The notes under the pieces are model-generated. The model saw nothing but the letters and a program-made list of their open reading frames with translations, did no database searches and was not told the origin of the DNA. From NCBI GenBank assembly GCA_034505955.1, contig JAPDQK010000031.1, forward strand, positions 2,320 to 66,319: a stretch of 64,000 nt of DNA, written 5' to 3'. Shown here in pieces: positions 19,570 to 30,600 of the stretch. The stretch comes from Candidatus Zhuqueibacter pondensis (GTDB lineage Bacteria > Zhuqueibacterota > Zhuqueibacteria > Zhuqueibacterales > Zhuqueibacteraceae). The translations under genes and the position numbers were made by a program. Numbering within the stretch: position 1 is the first letter of the stretch; each line of letters starts with the position of its first letter.

Positions 19570-21888
19570 TTATGAATCAATTTCAAAGACCTTGCCATCC
19601 GGTGCACGCATGAACAAAACCGGCGCGGCCCAGTCTTGATGATCCAGGCCGGTCTTCGTCATGATGTAATGACGTGCTTCCGCGACGGCGGCATCAATGG
19701 AATTGCTTCTGAAGAGTGTCGGATAAAACACTTTGGAAAACCAAAGAGCAGATACATCCAGAATTTTATGCTGCATGGCAACGACCGCGGGCACACCGAC
19801 TTTCACAAGATTTTGTGCGATGCCGGTAAAAGCATTGGTGCTCGAGGCCGCGGCTGTTTCACAGCTGTTCAGAACCACGAGGTTAACGGAACGCTCTTGC
19901 AGCATGATCGCGAGGGTCTCCGCATCCACCTGATTACGTTCTTTCGTTTCAGATTCCAGAAGCAGAAAAGCCCTGCTGGTTTCAACATCAAATTCGCCGT
20001 GGCCGATGAAATGCAAAACATGTGGATGATGTTTCAATTCCTCCGCCAATTTCTCCGGGGTGGCATTTTCACAAAATCTCAAACGAATATCCCCGGCCCA
20101 GCGGTACGGGCGGAGTGATTTCTTGATTATTTTCTTTTCCCGTTCGACATCCAACGGCGGCAAATCCAAAGGCGCCGCAATGACCACCAATATTTTCAGG
20201 GGAATGCGGAATCGGCGTTTGGGAATGGGTTGTTCGACTTTCAAATAGCGTGTCAGGGAGATGCGCTTGTGAAATGCCATGAAACCCGGCGGCAACTCGG
20301 CACTGCGCAGAAGTTCCCAGGGCAGACAAATCAATTCCGCCGGATCTATTCTCAATTGAAGACGCAGGATTTTCTCTTCGTGCTTGGCGTCCTGGATGCT
20401 CGCCTTCAGAATATTGTAAACCTTCTCGTGAAAAAGGGCATTAAAGAGTTTTGTACCCATCCATTCGAGCTCGTCACGGCTCGCGCGCAAGTCTCGGACT
20501 TTGCGGAGCGTTTCCAGGAAATTTTCCTCCTCCAGGAATGATTGAAAAGTTAAATTGCCCTCCTCTTCGCCGACCGAAGATTCGAAAACATGGATCGGAT
20601 AAATTCCGTCTTGACTTTCCAAAATGCCGACACCCAAATTCTTGTAATTCGGCTGCGGTGCCGTCATCATACGATAATATTTTGCGCGCACGACCAACAT
20701 GCTGACATTGAACGCGGAAAGGGGCACGACCAACCCCAGCCATTGACGATTCAAATTCAACAACAGAAAAATGAGCAAAATAAACAACAGGCTGCCGGTG
20801 ATAAAGATCCATCGGGTTTTGCGCCATTTTTTGGCCAAACGCGGCGTGACAAACAACAACCAGATCAAACCAAGGAAAACCAGCAAAGCACTGTAGAAGG
20901 CCGGATCTGAAAGAACGCGGGCCTCAACCGGGCGATTGAGCAAAAGCTGGCTGACGAGCGAGGCGAGAATCGCCCAACGCGGATAAGGTCCGACAGGACA
21001 TTGCACCGGGGTCTCAGCCGAGGGATTGACGATCAGGACAATTTTATCGCGATAGTGGTGGGAGTTGGATTGAAAATATTGGGTCGTATCCTTCCAGGGA
21101 TAGTGATAGTAAAACGGCTGGAATTCTTCAACGGGTATGAAATTCACCAGCAATTGCCCGTCGCCGTCCAAATTTTGCTCGATCATGCGAAACAGGCTGT
21201 CCGGTGGCTTGAAATAGTGTTGCGCAATTTCAACCGGAAGAGACGCATAACATTTCCGGTTGCCTTGAAAGGTCAGGACCGGAGGAAAATGATGGTATTC
21301 CGAGATCAGCGAATTGATATACCCGACATGCTGCGTCACGAGAAAAAGACTGTCATAAGGCAGATCAACCCCTCGATCGGCAATATTCATGGGAAGGAGA
21401 TTACGACAGGCGGCCTCCGGAAGCGCCAGCCGTGCGAAGTGCTCGAGTTTCCTCATGATGGCAGGTGTCATCTCGTGAGGCGAGGGGCTCCAATCCCCCG
21501 CGAAGTCGATGGACAAGATGACTTCAGGACATTCGGCCACACTTCGTGCGAGCGCTTGATCTCCTTGTCGATCATCCTCATGCTCGCCAACGAAACGGAT
21601 GTCGAAGGCAATCCATTTCGCGCCGGCGTGGTGGAGCTGGCGGATCATTCTGGCATAGTCCGATCGGCGAAGGCGCTCATGCGGATCATCGCAGTCAAGT
21701 ATGACAAGATCAGGGTGAGGACGAAGGGTCGGATGGAAAAAGATGTCATAGAACGCCATGTCGATGCTTTTGGTCAGGGTGCGGGTTGGGGACAGCCATT
21801 TCACAAAGACAGCAATGACCAACGTTGCCGCCAGGCTGCATGCAAACCCGATCATTATAAGCTGCAATTTTTTGCTGATCGGTAACAC
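19570..21888 (-). CDS. CHASE2-like membrane sensor fused to a CHAT (caspase-like) protease domain
   Basis: 772 aa. One N-terminal TM helix, a ~300-aa extracytoplasmic region (DLVILDCDD...WIAFDIRF, a divergent CHASE2 signature), then three TM helices (res ~330-400). Cytoplasmic CHAT domain with His (HVLHFIGHGEF) and Cys (VVLNSCETAAAS) dyad. GTG start with AAGGAG RBS directly after the upstream stop. Confidence 0.8.
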   Translation of the reverse strand: MLPISKKLQLIMIGFACSLAATLVIAVFVKWLSPTRTLTKSIDMAFYDIFFHPTLRPHPDLVILDCDDPHERLRRSDYARMIRQLHHAGAKWIAFDIRFVGEHEDDRQGDQALARSVAECPEVILSIDFAGDWSPSPHEMTPAIMRKLEHFARLALPEAACRNLLPMNIADRGVDLPYDSLFLVTQHVGYINSLISEYHHFPPVLTFQGNRKCYASLPVEIAQHYFKPPDSLFRMIEQNLDGDGQLLVNFIPVEEFQPFYYHYPWKDTTQYFQSNSHHYRDKIVLIVNPSAETPVQCPVGPYPRWAILASLVSQLLLNRPVEARVLSDPAFYSALLVFLGLIWLLFVTPRLAKKWRKTRWIFITGSLLFILLIFLLLNLNRQWLGLVVPLSAFNVSMLVVRAKYYRMMTAPQPNYKNLGVGILESQDGIYPIHVFESSVGEEEGNLTFQSFLEEENFLETLRKVRDLRASRDELEWMGTKLFNALFHEKVYNILKASIQDAKHEEKILRLQLRIDPAELICLPWELLRSAELPPGFMAFHKRISLTRYLKVEQPIPKRRFRIPLKILVVIAAPLDLPPLDVEREKKIIKKSLRPYRWAGDIRLRFCENATPEKLAEELKHHPHVLHFIGHGEFDVETSRAFLLLESETKERNQVDAETLAIMLQERSVNLVVLNSCETAAASSTNAFTGIAQNLVKVGVPAVVAMQHKILDVSALWFSKVFYPTLFRSNSIDAAVAEARHYIMTKTGLDHQDWAAPVLFMRAPDGKVFEIDS

Positions 21889-21900
21889 CGTATCTCCTTG

Positions 21901-24588
21901 TCAGTAAATCCACGCCAGCAAGGCCACCCGGACTTCATCGACTTCGCCGCGCGCCTTGGCGCCATAGCGATCCAGAACAATTCCCCGGACTTCACGGCTT
22001 TGCAGATATTTTTTGAAACTCTTGTCCACAAAATTTTTGACTTTCGCGATCTGTTTTTTGACTTTATCAGAGAGATTCCCGGCTTTCACGTCGGTACGCT
22101 CCTCGGGAAACTGGAGAAGGGTAAAGGCACTGAGAGAATCCCCTTCCAAAATCTGGGCTGCGGCCAAAAGTGCGGCCTCGGATTTGTGCTGGTATTCAAT
22201 CGTATCCTTCGGCGCGAGTCCCGGTTTCATCAGTTGACAGAGTATCGCCAAATTCAGATACGTGCCCCGACTATAACGATTACACTCCAGAGCCTTTTGG
22301 TAAGCCTTTTCCGCCTCGGTAAAATTGCCGGAGATGAATTCGACATTTCCCAAATTATTCCACGCCGGAGCAAAAGTGGAGGAATCCTGCAAAATTTTTT
22401 TGAATTGCTTTCTGGCCCGATCATATTCGTCATTCTGTCCGAGCAAAATGCCATACATGTTTCGTCTTCGGACGGCGTCAAGAGTTGGCAGGCCCGGCAC
22501 CAGCATTCCCTCGACTTGTTGCAGCCATTGCGTTTTCATGGTTTCCATTGCCATCAAGTCTTTTTGCATGGCGGAAGTAAAGTCTGGAACAGGCTTCAGC
22601 GTATCGGAAAGATGAAATACCACTGGTGGATACTTTGCCTGATGGGCCGCCACTTCGTAGATTCGACACGAAGGGTCGATGGCCTCTGCGGCAGTAGTCC
22701 ACGCCTCGCTGAAACTCGATGAGGGGATCATTGTCGTTTCAATCGGTATCCAAAGGGTTTCCCTCCATTTGACAAAAAGCTTCGGTGAAACCGGCAGGCT
22801 TGTGCTCCGCGAAGTGTCAATCCGGGTGTCGAACATCATGAAAATGTGACCGGGCACACTGATCAACGCCGTGGGCAGGCCGGCATTTTGAAGCAGACTG
22901 GCGTACAACACGGCGAGATCGTCACAGTCACCGAACTGTTCTTTTTTACTCAAAAGCTGGGCCGGATATTTAACCATGTCCAACCGGTAATGGGCGCCGC
23001 GAAGGGTGTCTGCCAATGAAGGGAAAGGCGTCACCGGATCCGGGCGATATTTGATTCCATAAGTCTGCAAGGCACAAAAAAGTTTCAAAGCATCGGTCAT
23101 GCGGTAGCGGGAAAACCACTGCGCTACGCCAGGCTCGGATTCTCTTTCGGTGACTTTGTCAACAAATGCCTTTACCAAAGGATCCTCCGGGGTGATGAAT
23201 GCCGCCGCCTTGCCTGGGTCATCCCAGGTCATGTAATTCTTGCCGTACAGCGCAAAATCCACACCTGCCGTAGCAGCATGTTGGTTTCTTTGGTACTCAT
23301 AAGTTACTTTCACTTCACCGGTCAGCCGGCTTTCCCTGGCGTTGAATATTGTAGAGTCGAAAACCGCTCGCAACGGGAAGTCAATGCGGCGTCCCGGCGG
23401 AACAACGACCATGTCTGTCGCCTGCGGTTTGGGCTGCATGTATCGGCTGGCCTGAAATGAAATCGCTGCAATCAATGTGTCGTTGGACACATTCTTGAGT
23501 TTTATGGATCCGACCTTCGCACCTGGCAGCCCATAGTGCTGATATAGAGAGGCGAAGACATTGTCAATATGTGCGCCTTCGATTCTGAGCAAGCGGGGAT
23601 TGTCTTTTAAAATAAGCGATCCGCCGAATTGCTTGTTGGTATTGGGCAGCACCGGCGAATCGGTCAGCGCATAATCGACTGTCACTCCGGGATAATCCTT
23701 CAACGCCTTTTTAAAGCCGAGGCCGAAGGAGAAAGTGGCGTTTTCATCGGTGTGCAAATCCTTTTGCAGTCCGGCCCGCAATGCCAACGTGTGTGCCAGC
23801 CAAAATTCCAACCCCAGGTGTATCCGGTCGTCAAAATCGATGGCCAGGACCGGATCGGAAAGGGGGATTTTTTTGCCTGGCCATTCTTCAAATGGCCGGT
23901 AGCTCAAGCCCCAGCGGATATTCTGACGCTGGATCAACTCTTTTCTTTTGGTTTCATGTTTCACCCACGTTCCACCGCCGGCGTCATGCACCATGAGACC
24001 CCAATTGATTCCCTCGGGTAGATAAGGTACCGCACCCAAATTGTAGAGAATGCCGAAATCCCAGCCCCAGCCGCTGGCGTCAGCTTCGAGGTGTGTGAAG
24101 AGTTTCGGATCAAGTTTCGCTTGCAGCTTCAAATATTTGGCATTCGCCCCGATACTGAGATCACGAAGATGGGGCCAGCTTTGAGGCGGCTTAAAAGCCA
24201 AAGCAAAAGTAAATTGATCGCGTGTAAATTCGAACTCTTCGTCGCCGGTATTTATTCCGGACCAATCCACACCAAAAGCCAGATAATCGGTCAGCGGTGG
24301 GATAAAGTAAACCCGTGAAAGGAAGTTGGCGTAATAACTATCAATATTGAGGCCAAAAAGATCGGCATAATTGAAACTTGCCTGGATATGTTCCATCCGC
24401 GCCAGGCCTGCGGGGTTCCAGGAGATGGCATTGCCGTCATCTGCGACCGCGACAAAGGCTTCGCCCATGCTCAGCGGCCGCGTGCCGACGGGAATCTGGT
24501 TGCGGATCTGCGCGTTCGATGGTTTTGCGAAGAAAAGCAAAGAAGCAAGTGCAAGAATGAATGAGGTGAATTTAGGTGATCGTTTCAT
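21901..24588 (-). CDS. Outer-membrane beta-barrel (PorV/FadL-like, tentative) fused to a transglutaminase-like cysteine protease core and C-terminal TPR repeats
   Basis: 895 aa with a signal peptide ending PSNAQ. Barrel N-terminus with the motif LSMGEAFVAVADDGNAISWNPAGLA. Transglutaminase-like Cys (FGDCDDLAVLYASLL), His (VPGHIFMMF) and acidic (WIPIETT) residues. TPRs (APAWNNLGNVEFISGNFTEAEKAYQKALE...). Confidence 0.75.
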   Translation of the reverse strand: MKRSPKFTSFILALASLLFFAKPSNAQIRNQIPVGTRPLSMGEAFVAVADDGNAISWNPAGLARMEHIQASFNYADLFGLNIDSYYANFLSRVYFIPPLTDYLAFGVDWSGINTGDEEFEFTRDQFTFALAFKPPQSWPHLRDLSIGANAKYLKLQAKLDPKLFTHLEADASGWGWDFGILYNLGAVPYLPEGINWGLMVHDAGGGTWVKHETKRKELIQRQNIRWGLSYRPFEEWPGKKIPLSDPVLAIDFDDRIHLGLEFWLAHTLALRAGLQKDLHTDENATFSFGLGFKKALKDYPGVTVDYALTDSPVLPNTNKQFGGSLILKDNPRLLRIEGAHIDNVFASLYQHYGLPGAKVGSIKLKNVSNDTLIAAISFQASRYMQPKPQATDMVVVPPGRRIDFPLRAVFDSTIFNARESRLTGEVKVTYEYQRNQHAATAGVDFALYGKNYMTWDDPGKAAAFITPEDPLVKAFVDKVTERESEPGVAQWFSRYRMTDALKLFCALQTYGIKYRPDPVTPFPSLADTLRGAHYRLDMVKYPAQLLSKKEQFGDCDDLAVLYASLLQNAGLPTALISVPGHIFMMFDTRIDTSRSTSLPVSPKLFVKWRETLWIPIETTMIPSSSFSEAWTTAAEAIDPSCRIYEVAAHQAKYPPVVFHLSDTLKPVPDFTSAMQKDLMAMETMKTQWLQQVEGMLVPGLPTLDAVRRRNMYGILLGQNDEYDRARKQFKKILQDSSTFAPAWNNLGNVEFISGNFTEAEKAYQKALECNRYSRGTYLNLAILCQLMKPGLAPKDTIEYQHKSEAALLAAAQILEGDSLSAFTLLQFPEERTDVKAGNLSDKVKKQIAKVKNFVDKSFKKYLQSREVRGIVLDRYGAKARGEVDEVRVALLAWIY

Positions 24589-24690
24589 TGAAAAACCGCC
24601 TTGTCCATTGAATGGAATACCAAGGGTGTACAGATACTGTTTAATGGTGGCTCATATTCGAGTATGCCGCACCGCGTCTGCGGTTTTTGT

Positions 24691-27636
24691 TCATTCATTG
24701 AGCACCATCACTTTCTTTTGGGCCTTGAGCACCGCGCTTTCGATGGTCAGAATATAGAGTCCTGTCGGACAAATCCGGCGATCCCGATCCCGGCCATTCC
24801 AGGCCACGGCATTGACACCGGTGCTCATGGGTTTATCCCAGATCGTATCCACCAATCTCCCGGCGAGATTGTAGACGCTGACACGAACATGCGCGTCTTG
24901 CTTTAAATAGAAAGAAAGCGTGGTTTCCTGACCGTGGCCGCCGCCAGCCGGGGAGAAGATACGCGGCTGGGCATTGACACCGGCAATCTCCTGAGGTCGA
25001 GGCACCTCTCCTTGTGGCGCCGCAGTACGCACCGAGTAGCGCCCCAAGCGATGAATTGGCGTTGACAGGCACACGGTATCGCCTTGGGTTTCTGAGGTGC
25101 CACCGAGCCGTGCTGCCTGGGGTTGTTCGCGATGAATCGCCAGCGGCTGCCCTCTGATGCTGTCATTTAAAGGAAAAGAGAAGGTAAGCTTCACCGGCTT
25201 GATCAGAGAATCCAATCGCGAATCTTGAAACTTCAGATCATAGGCCAACACGGTATGTGCATCTAATGAGTCAACAGGGACCGGCCGGATGGTGATTTTG
25301 GTATTCAGACCGAACTGATTATTCGGCGGCCAAAAAAGGATGATCTTCACCGGGCGCAAACCGCGGAATCCGCTGGCGTCGGTGAATGCTGTGGCGCTGC
25401 CGGTGTCCGGCGCAACTTTATAGAAAGACTTGGTAGCCCAGTTGGGGACGTCCTCATTATTATCTCGGTCAATTGCTTTCACATGGAAAGTATGCAGTCC
25501 ATTCCTGGTGACTTTGAGGCGGGCAAAAGTGTCGGACGTATATTCTGACCATGAATCGTTATCCAATTTATATGAATAGCGCAGCAAGCTTTTTGCGGTA
25601 TTCAAATCTCTGCCGATGAAACGAAAAAACACTTCCGGCTGAGTGGTGACATCAATGGCTTCTATGATCTCCGTATCCGGGAGCCCCTTTTGTCGCCGGT
25701 ATCTGGTCACACCGTCAGCGCGGGTCCCGAACCAAATCTCTCCTTTGCTTGTATCCAGGAGGAGATGCCGCACGTGATTGTCAGCGAGGCCGTCTATTGT
25801 GGTATAATTTGTCCATCGTCCTGTGCTGTCACGATAACTCACACCACCGCCGGTGGCAAACCAGATCTCGCCGTGCTTGCCAATGATTATGTCTTCAACG
25901 AAGTCATCAATAAGGCCATCCCTTGTCGTGATCTTTTTCCATGTTTCGTTCATGAAGCTGCTGGCACCGCCGCCCAACGTACCGAACCAGATTTGACCAC
26001 TGGTCGGATCAACCGTGATGGAGCTGATATTGTTGTTGCCAAGGCCTTGTGGAATGCTATTCGTGGTAAAGCTTTTCCATGCGCCATCATAACGGCTGAT
26101 ACCAACAGCGGTGCCGCACCACAGCCGGCCTTGTTTATCCACGGCAAGCGCCTTGATTTGGTCACTGAGCAAACCGCCTCGAGTGTTTTTTATGGTGAAA
26201 GTCGCATCCCAGGTTTTTGTGTCACCTCGAATATGGAGACGACACAATCCGCCTGTCGTGCCAAACCAGATGAACTCATTATCGATTGCGATGGCCTGAA
26301 TTTCGTCGCTCACCAGGCCGCTGTCGGTGCTTTGGGTGGTGAAACTTTCTATTTGGTCCGCATTGGGTTTGATCCGGATGACCCCTCCTCCGAAGGTGCC
26401 CAACCACAAGGTGGTATCGCTGGCAATTGCGATTGCCGTTATTTTATTTCTAATATCGGTGGGGTCGTTCGGGAAGTAAGCTCTCGGATGCCAGGTGTTG
26501 CTTGTGTAACGCGCGATGCCACTCTTGGTACCGATCCAAATCTGTCCAAGTTGATCTCTTGCCATGACAAACGTTTCATCGTTGAGGATGTTGTCACCGA
26601 AGGCGGTCGAGAATGTGGTCCAATTGGCAGTGTATTTGGTTACGCCAGAGGGGGCGAACGATCCGAACCAGAGATCGCCATCGTCATCGACCGCGATACT
26701 GGAAATCACTTTGCGGTCGAGATCCGGCGAGCCTGGCGTACATCGCCAGTTCAGACTCAAGGGATCGAGGATTAACACGCCGACATCGGTACCAAACCAA
26801 AGAAGGCTCTCATTGTCGGCAACGATTGCTCGGATGGATACCCCGCTTTTTATGTCCAGCCGTTGACAAGCTGGCACTTTGACCGATTTCAAACTCAGTG
26901 TTGTGCCGGTATCAACCAGTTTGTGGACAAGTGTCGTATCCGAAAACCCGAAGGCGCCGAACCATTTATTGTTTTTTTGGTCAACGCCAATACACAACAC
27001 GTTGCTGATTGCAAAACTGGTATCCCAATGGGCGTTGGCATTGAGTTTTGAAACGCCTCTAGATGTGCCAAACCAAAGATTGCTCGAGGAGTCGGCGGCA
27101 ACGGCATTGATAAAATTGCTCAACAATTTGCCGCCACTGTTTTTGACGGTAAAAGTATCAATGACCGAGCCATGGGGATCGATCTTAATGACACCCCCAC
27201 CGTTGGTTCCCAGCCAGACATACCCAATGTCGTCTACTGCAATGCTGTTGACTTGATTATTGGTAAGGCCATTGGAGGTATCGTAGAAATCCCAGGTGTT
27301 TTTATCGGGATTAAAGCGGCCAGCCCCCCGACTCTGCGTGCCAACCCACAGGTTGCCGAAATGATCCATGGCAAGTGAGCGGATGAAATTCTCACGCAAC
27401 TTGCTGTTGGCGGTATTGTACTCGACAAATCCGTTGCCATCAAAGCCGATCAACCCGCTGCTTTGGGTTCCAAACCAGATGATTTTTCGGTTGTGTTTGG
27501 AGTCGGAGACAATCGCCCGAATATCTCTTCCGGTGAGATATTCGGTAAAAACGTCTGCCATTACCTCGTATTGAGGAATAATGGCAGCTATCAATATGAG
27601 TTGCCGGATGAACGAATTCTTCAACTTGCTTTTCAT
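24691..27636 (-). CDS. Secreted multi-propeller protein (Reg_prop-like repeats) with Ig-like region and CTD
   Basis: 981 aa. More than 12 repeats of the LW(F/V)GT..G(V/L) type, a Y_Y_Y-like/Ig-like region, and C-terminal CTD (SFYLKQDAHVRVSVYNLAGRLV...WNGRD...GLYILTIES...KKVMVLNE). Confidence 0.75.
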   Translation of the reverse strand: MKSKLKNSFIRQLILIAAIIPQYEVMADVFTEYLTGRDIRAIVSDSKHNRKIIWFGTQSSGLIGFDGNGFVEYNTANSKLRENFIRSLAMDHFGNLWVGTQSRGAGRFNPDKNTWDFYDTSNGLTNNQVNSIAVDDIGYVWLGTNGGGVIKIDPHGSVIDTFTVKNSGGKLLSNFINAVAADSSSNLWFGTSRGVSKLNANAHWDTSFAISNVLCIGVDQKNNKWFGAFGFSDTTLVHKLVDTGTTLSLKSVKVPACQRLDIKSGVSIRAIVADNESLLWFGTDVGVLILDPLSLNWRCTPGSPDLDRKVISSIAVDDDGDLWFGSFAPSGVTKYTANWTTFSTAFGDNILNDETFVMARDQLGQIWIGTKSGIARYTSNTWHPRAYFPNDPTDIRNKITAIAIASDTTLWLGTFGGGVIRIKPNADQIESFTTQSTDSGLVSDEIQAIAIDNEFIWFGTTGGLCRLHIRGDTKTWDATFTIKNTRGGLLSDQIKALAVDKQGRLWCGTAVGISRYDGAWKSFTTNSIPQGLGNNNISSITVDPTSGQIWFGTLGGGASSFMNETWKKITTRDGLIDDFVEDIIIGKHGEIWFATGGGVSYRDSTGRWTNYTTIDGLADNHVRHLLLDTSKGEIWFGTRADGVTRYRRQKGLPDTEIIEAIDVTTQPEVFFRFIGRDLNTAKSLLRYSYKLDNDSWSEYTSDTFARLKVTRNGLHTFHVKAIDRDNNEDVPNWATKSFYKVAPDTGSATAFTDASGFRGLRPVKIILFWPPNNQFGLNTKITIRPVPVDSLDAHTVLAYDLKFQDSRLDSLIKPVKLTFSFPLNDSIRGQPLAIHREQPQAARLGGTSETQGDTVCLSTPIHRLGRYSVRTAAPQGEVPRPQEIAGVNAQPRIFSPAGGGHGQETTLSFYLKQDAHVRVSVYNLAGRLVDTIWDKPMSTGVNAVAWNGRDRDRRICPTGLYILTIESAVLKAQKKVMVLNE

Positions 27637-27667
27637 GATCCTTCCCTGATCATTCTAACAGTGCTCG

Positions 27668-30600
27668 TTATTTCAGCAATGCCAATTTCCGTACTTGTGA
27701 AAATTTGCCGGCTTCGAGGCGGATGATGTAGACGCCCGTGGACAAACTTCGATCGTTTTGATCCCGTCCATTCCATGCCAAGTGATAATACCCGGCCTCC
27801 TGCTGCTTGTCAACAAGGGTAATCACCGATTGGCCGAGCACATTGAAGATCTGCAAGCGAACTCGTGCTTCCACAGGCAGGCCGTAGGCGATTGTGGTTG
27901 CCGGATTTCCCGCGAAGCGCGGGATCTGCGAAAATGGATTGGGATAGTTTTGTGACAAAAAGAATTCCTTCGGAATCTTTTTTATCAAGCTGATTCGCGC
28001 CGATGCCTCCATGACAGGGCCATCGTTCACGGAGAATTTTTTCAATTCCAACAAGCTGCTCTCACCCACCTTGCCCGTAGCCCGAAAAGTGACAATCGCA
28101 ACTTCCCCGGCGCTGGGGGCCGGGCCAACACTTGACAATACGGCTTCCAGTCGTCCGGGCTTTTGCTGATAGTTCAGCTTGCCGGTTTCCAGAGGTTTGC
28201 ATTTGGCGACGGCAAGCATTTCAAGTTGCGTCGGATCGAAGGCCAAATCAATGCGAGCGGAATATATTCGCTGCTCGGGTGCGATCCTTAATGGCAAATT
28301 AAAAACTTCTCCAGGAGCAACCTCCAGGTCATGCAGGAATGGATAAATCGTCTGATTGGACTCAGTGGCGATCCGAGAACTCGACGACGGTATCCAGTTC
28401 CCGTCTATATCTCCTAAAAGCAAGGCAACAAAATCCTGGCTTTGATTTGAATTGAGCGACTGATAAGTTTTGCAAACAGGGTCGAAACGCCATTGCCCGG
28501 TGTAACCGACACCCAATTGCACTTGGCCACCAATAAAATGCTTGAGCAAAGTGCTATCTTCCGGATCGACAATCTGGTTTTGGTTAACGTCAGCCAACAG
28601 ACTTTGCCAATTGTTCAGCGGTTGTCCCGAAAAATGTTTTCGCAACAAAGTCAAATCCGCGCTATTTATTGCCGAGCCGATGCCACCGGTCTTGGAAGGA
28701 GTAACAATGTAAGTGTTGCCACCGAGAACACCCAAGAACCGATAGATACCGTCGGCGGCTGTCGTAAGTTTATCAAAGCTGCCTCCGTCCAGCGTGACTT
28801 CAGTGTTTCCAACCGGTATGCCGGTTGATTGGGCATATCTGACGGTTCCGGTTATATCAAAATGAGCACAGGTTGTCGTGTTTTCGAGACTCGCGCCAAG
28901 ATTGGCGTCTCCGTTGACATCGCCATACAGAATTCCGACAAAATTCAATCCCTGAAAGTTATAATTTTGTAAGACAAATGTCAAGTTGTCCGTAGGGGTG
29001 GCAACTTTGCTGGGATCGACACTGGTAATCGGGTCGATGAAAATCCAGTCTTTCCCAACCGGAAATCGGTCACAAGGAGATTTGCGATTGTTTATTCTCG
29101 TAACATCATTTAGAGTTACGCTACCACTACCATCGACATCAGCAGCGATTCTGGCGTACACTTCTTCGTTATTTCCTGTACAGGAGCCTTGACGACCAGG
29201 CTGAGTATCGGCTAAGTCCATAGCCCTGTTTACATCATCAGAGCTAATGGCATTAACAGGGACACCGGAATGGGTTACAGTAATCTTGTAAGTGCCGGCG
29301 TCGCTCTTCATCGTGTGGAATACAAATTCTCCATTCGAACCCGTGGTTTGGGAATCTCTCAGCCTGCCCTGTGTCACCAGCTTCACCCTCGCCCCTTGCA
29401 CGCGTTTCGCATCGAGGTTGAAGTATTTGATCGCGCCCCGAACCTCGAACGATTCAAGCGGCTCCCACTTAAAATCAAGCTGCCGAGTCACGCGGTTTCC
29501 TCCTCCTTGTCCTTCATACCAGGAAAATTCAAACTTGATAGCAGGCGCTTCCGTGCCCAGAAACGGTACTTTGGTGACAAATTTAAACACAGGGGGTGGC
29601 TCCATCATAGTTGGTTGATTAGGAGCCAGATCACCATAAAAAAGGGTAGACCCTGTTATATCATATTCTATCAGATCGTGATTGAAATCCAGGACCCTGC
29701 CTGTGATGGTTGCCGCTGTTGCCCCGCTTTGCAGGATATGTTTCAACTGGTGCGCTATTTGTAACAAGGTGTCCTGACATTGGATCACGAGGGTCGGCAC
29801 GATATTGATCATTTTGAGGGAAACATTGTCACCAGGCAGCCCGAAGACAACATTGGTAACATTGTCCGAAGGCGGAGTGGCAGCCACGTTCATCTCGAAG
29901 CTCTTTTGCAGCCCGGGAGAGGTTTTCTGAATGACCAGCAGAATAAAATGGAGTGTATCCGGCAGAGGCGCGTTCGCAGCGGTGAACTCATAAATGTCAT
30001 TGGAAAATACCGAATCGCCGGGAGCGATGTTATTAAAGGTGGAAACACTATCCGGGCCGATGGTAATGGTTGGCTCAAAAGTTTTCAATATGGAAAAGAG
30101 CGGGCCGGTGTCTTCGGAGCCGTAATTTTTTAGTCTTATTTTCAGCGCAATCTTTTCGCCCGGGTTGACGACGCCGTTGGCCTCACCATTGACGACCGTT
30201 TCTGTTATGGCGCTGCCGGCATACTCGAGGTCAAGCCCTTTAGTCCCCTTGTTCGGCGTGGCGAGCGCCTCGAAAAAGGCACAACCAAGATTTTCGCTGA
30301 TCTCATTGTGTCCGGCCAGGCCATTGCCACCTCGAAGGATTTCATCAAATTCGCGCGGATCGGGCCGGCGTTGCCAGGATTTCAGCAAGCTATGCTGCGA
30401 AAGAGGCGAACATTTCCCCAGAGGAATCATCGCTATACCATGAAATATTGGAATGACCCGTTCCCCATCACTGCCGTAAACTGAGGGAATGGCGTCAGCA
30501 TCCATGCCATCAATGGCCAGGCCGGTTTTGTTAATTTCCTCACCGGATCGTGGAGTTGAATTCCAAACCACATAGTCGACGTCATCCACGAGATCGCTGG

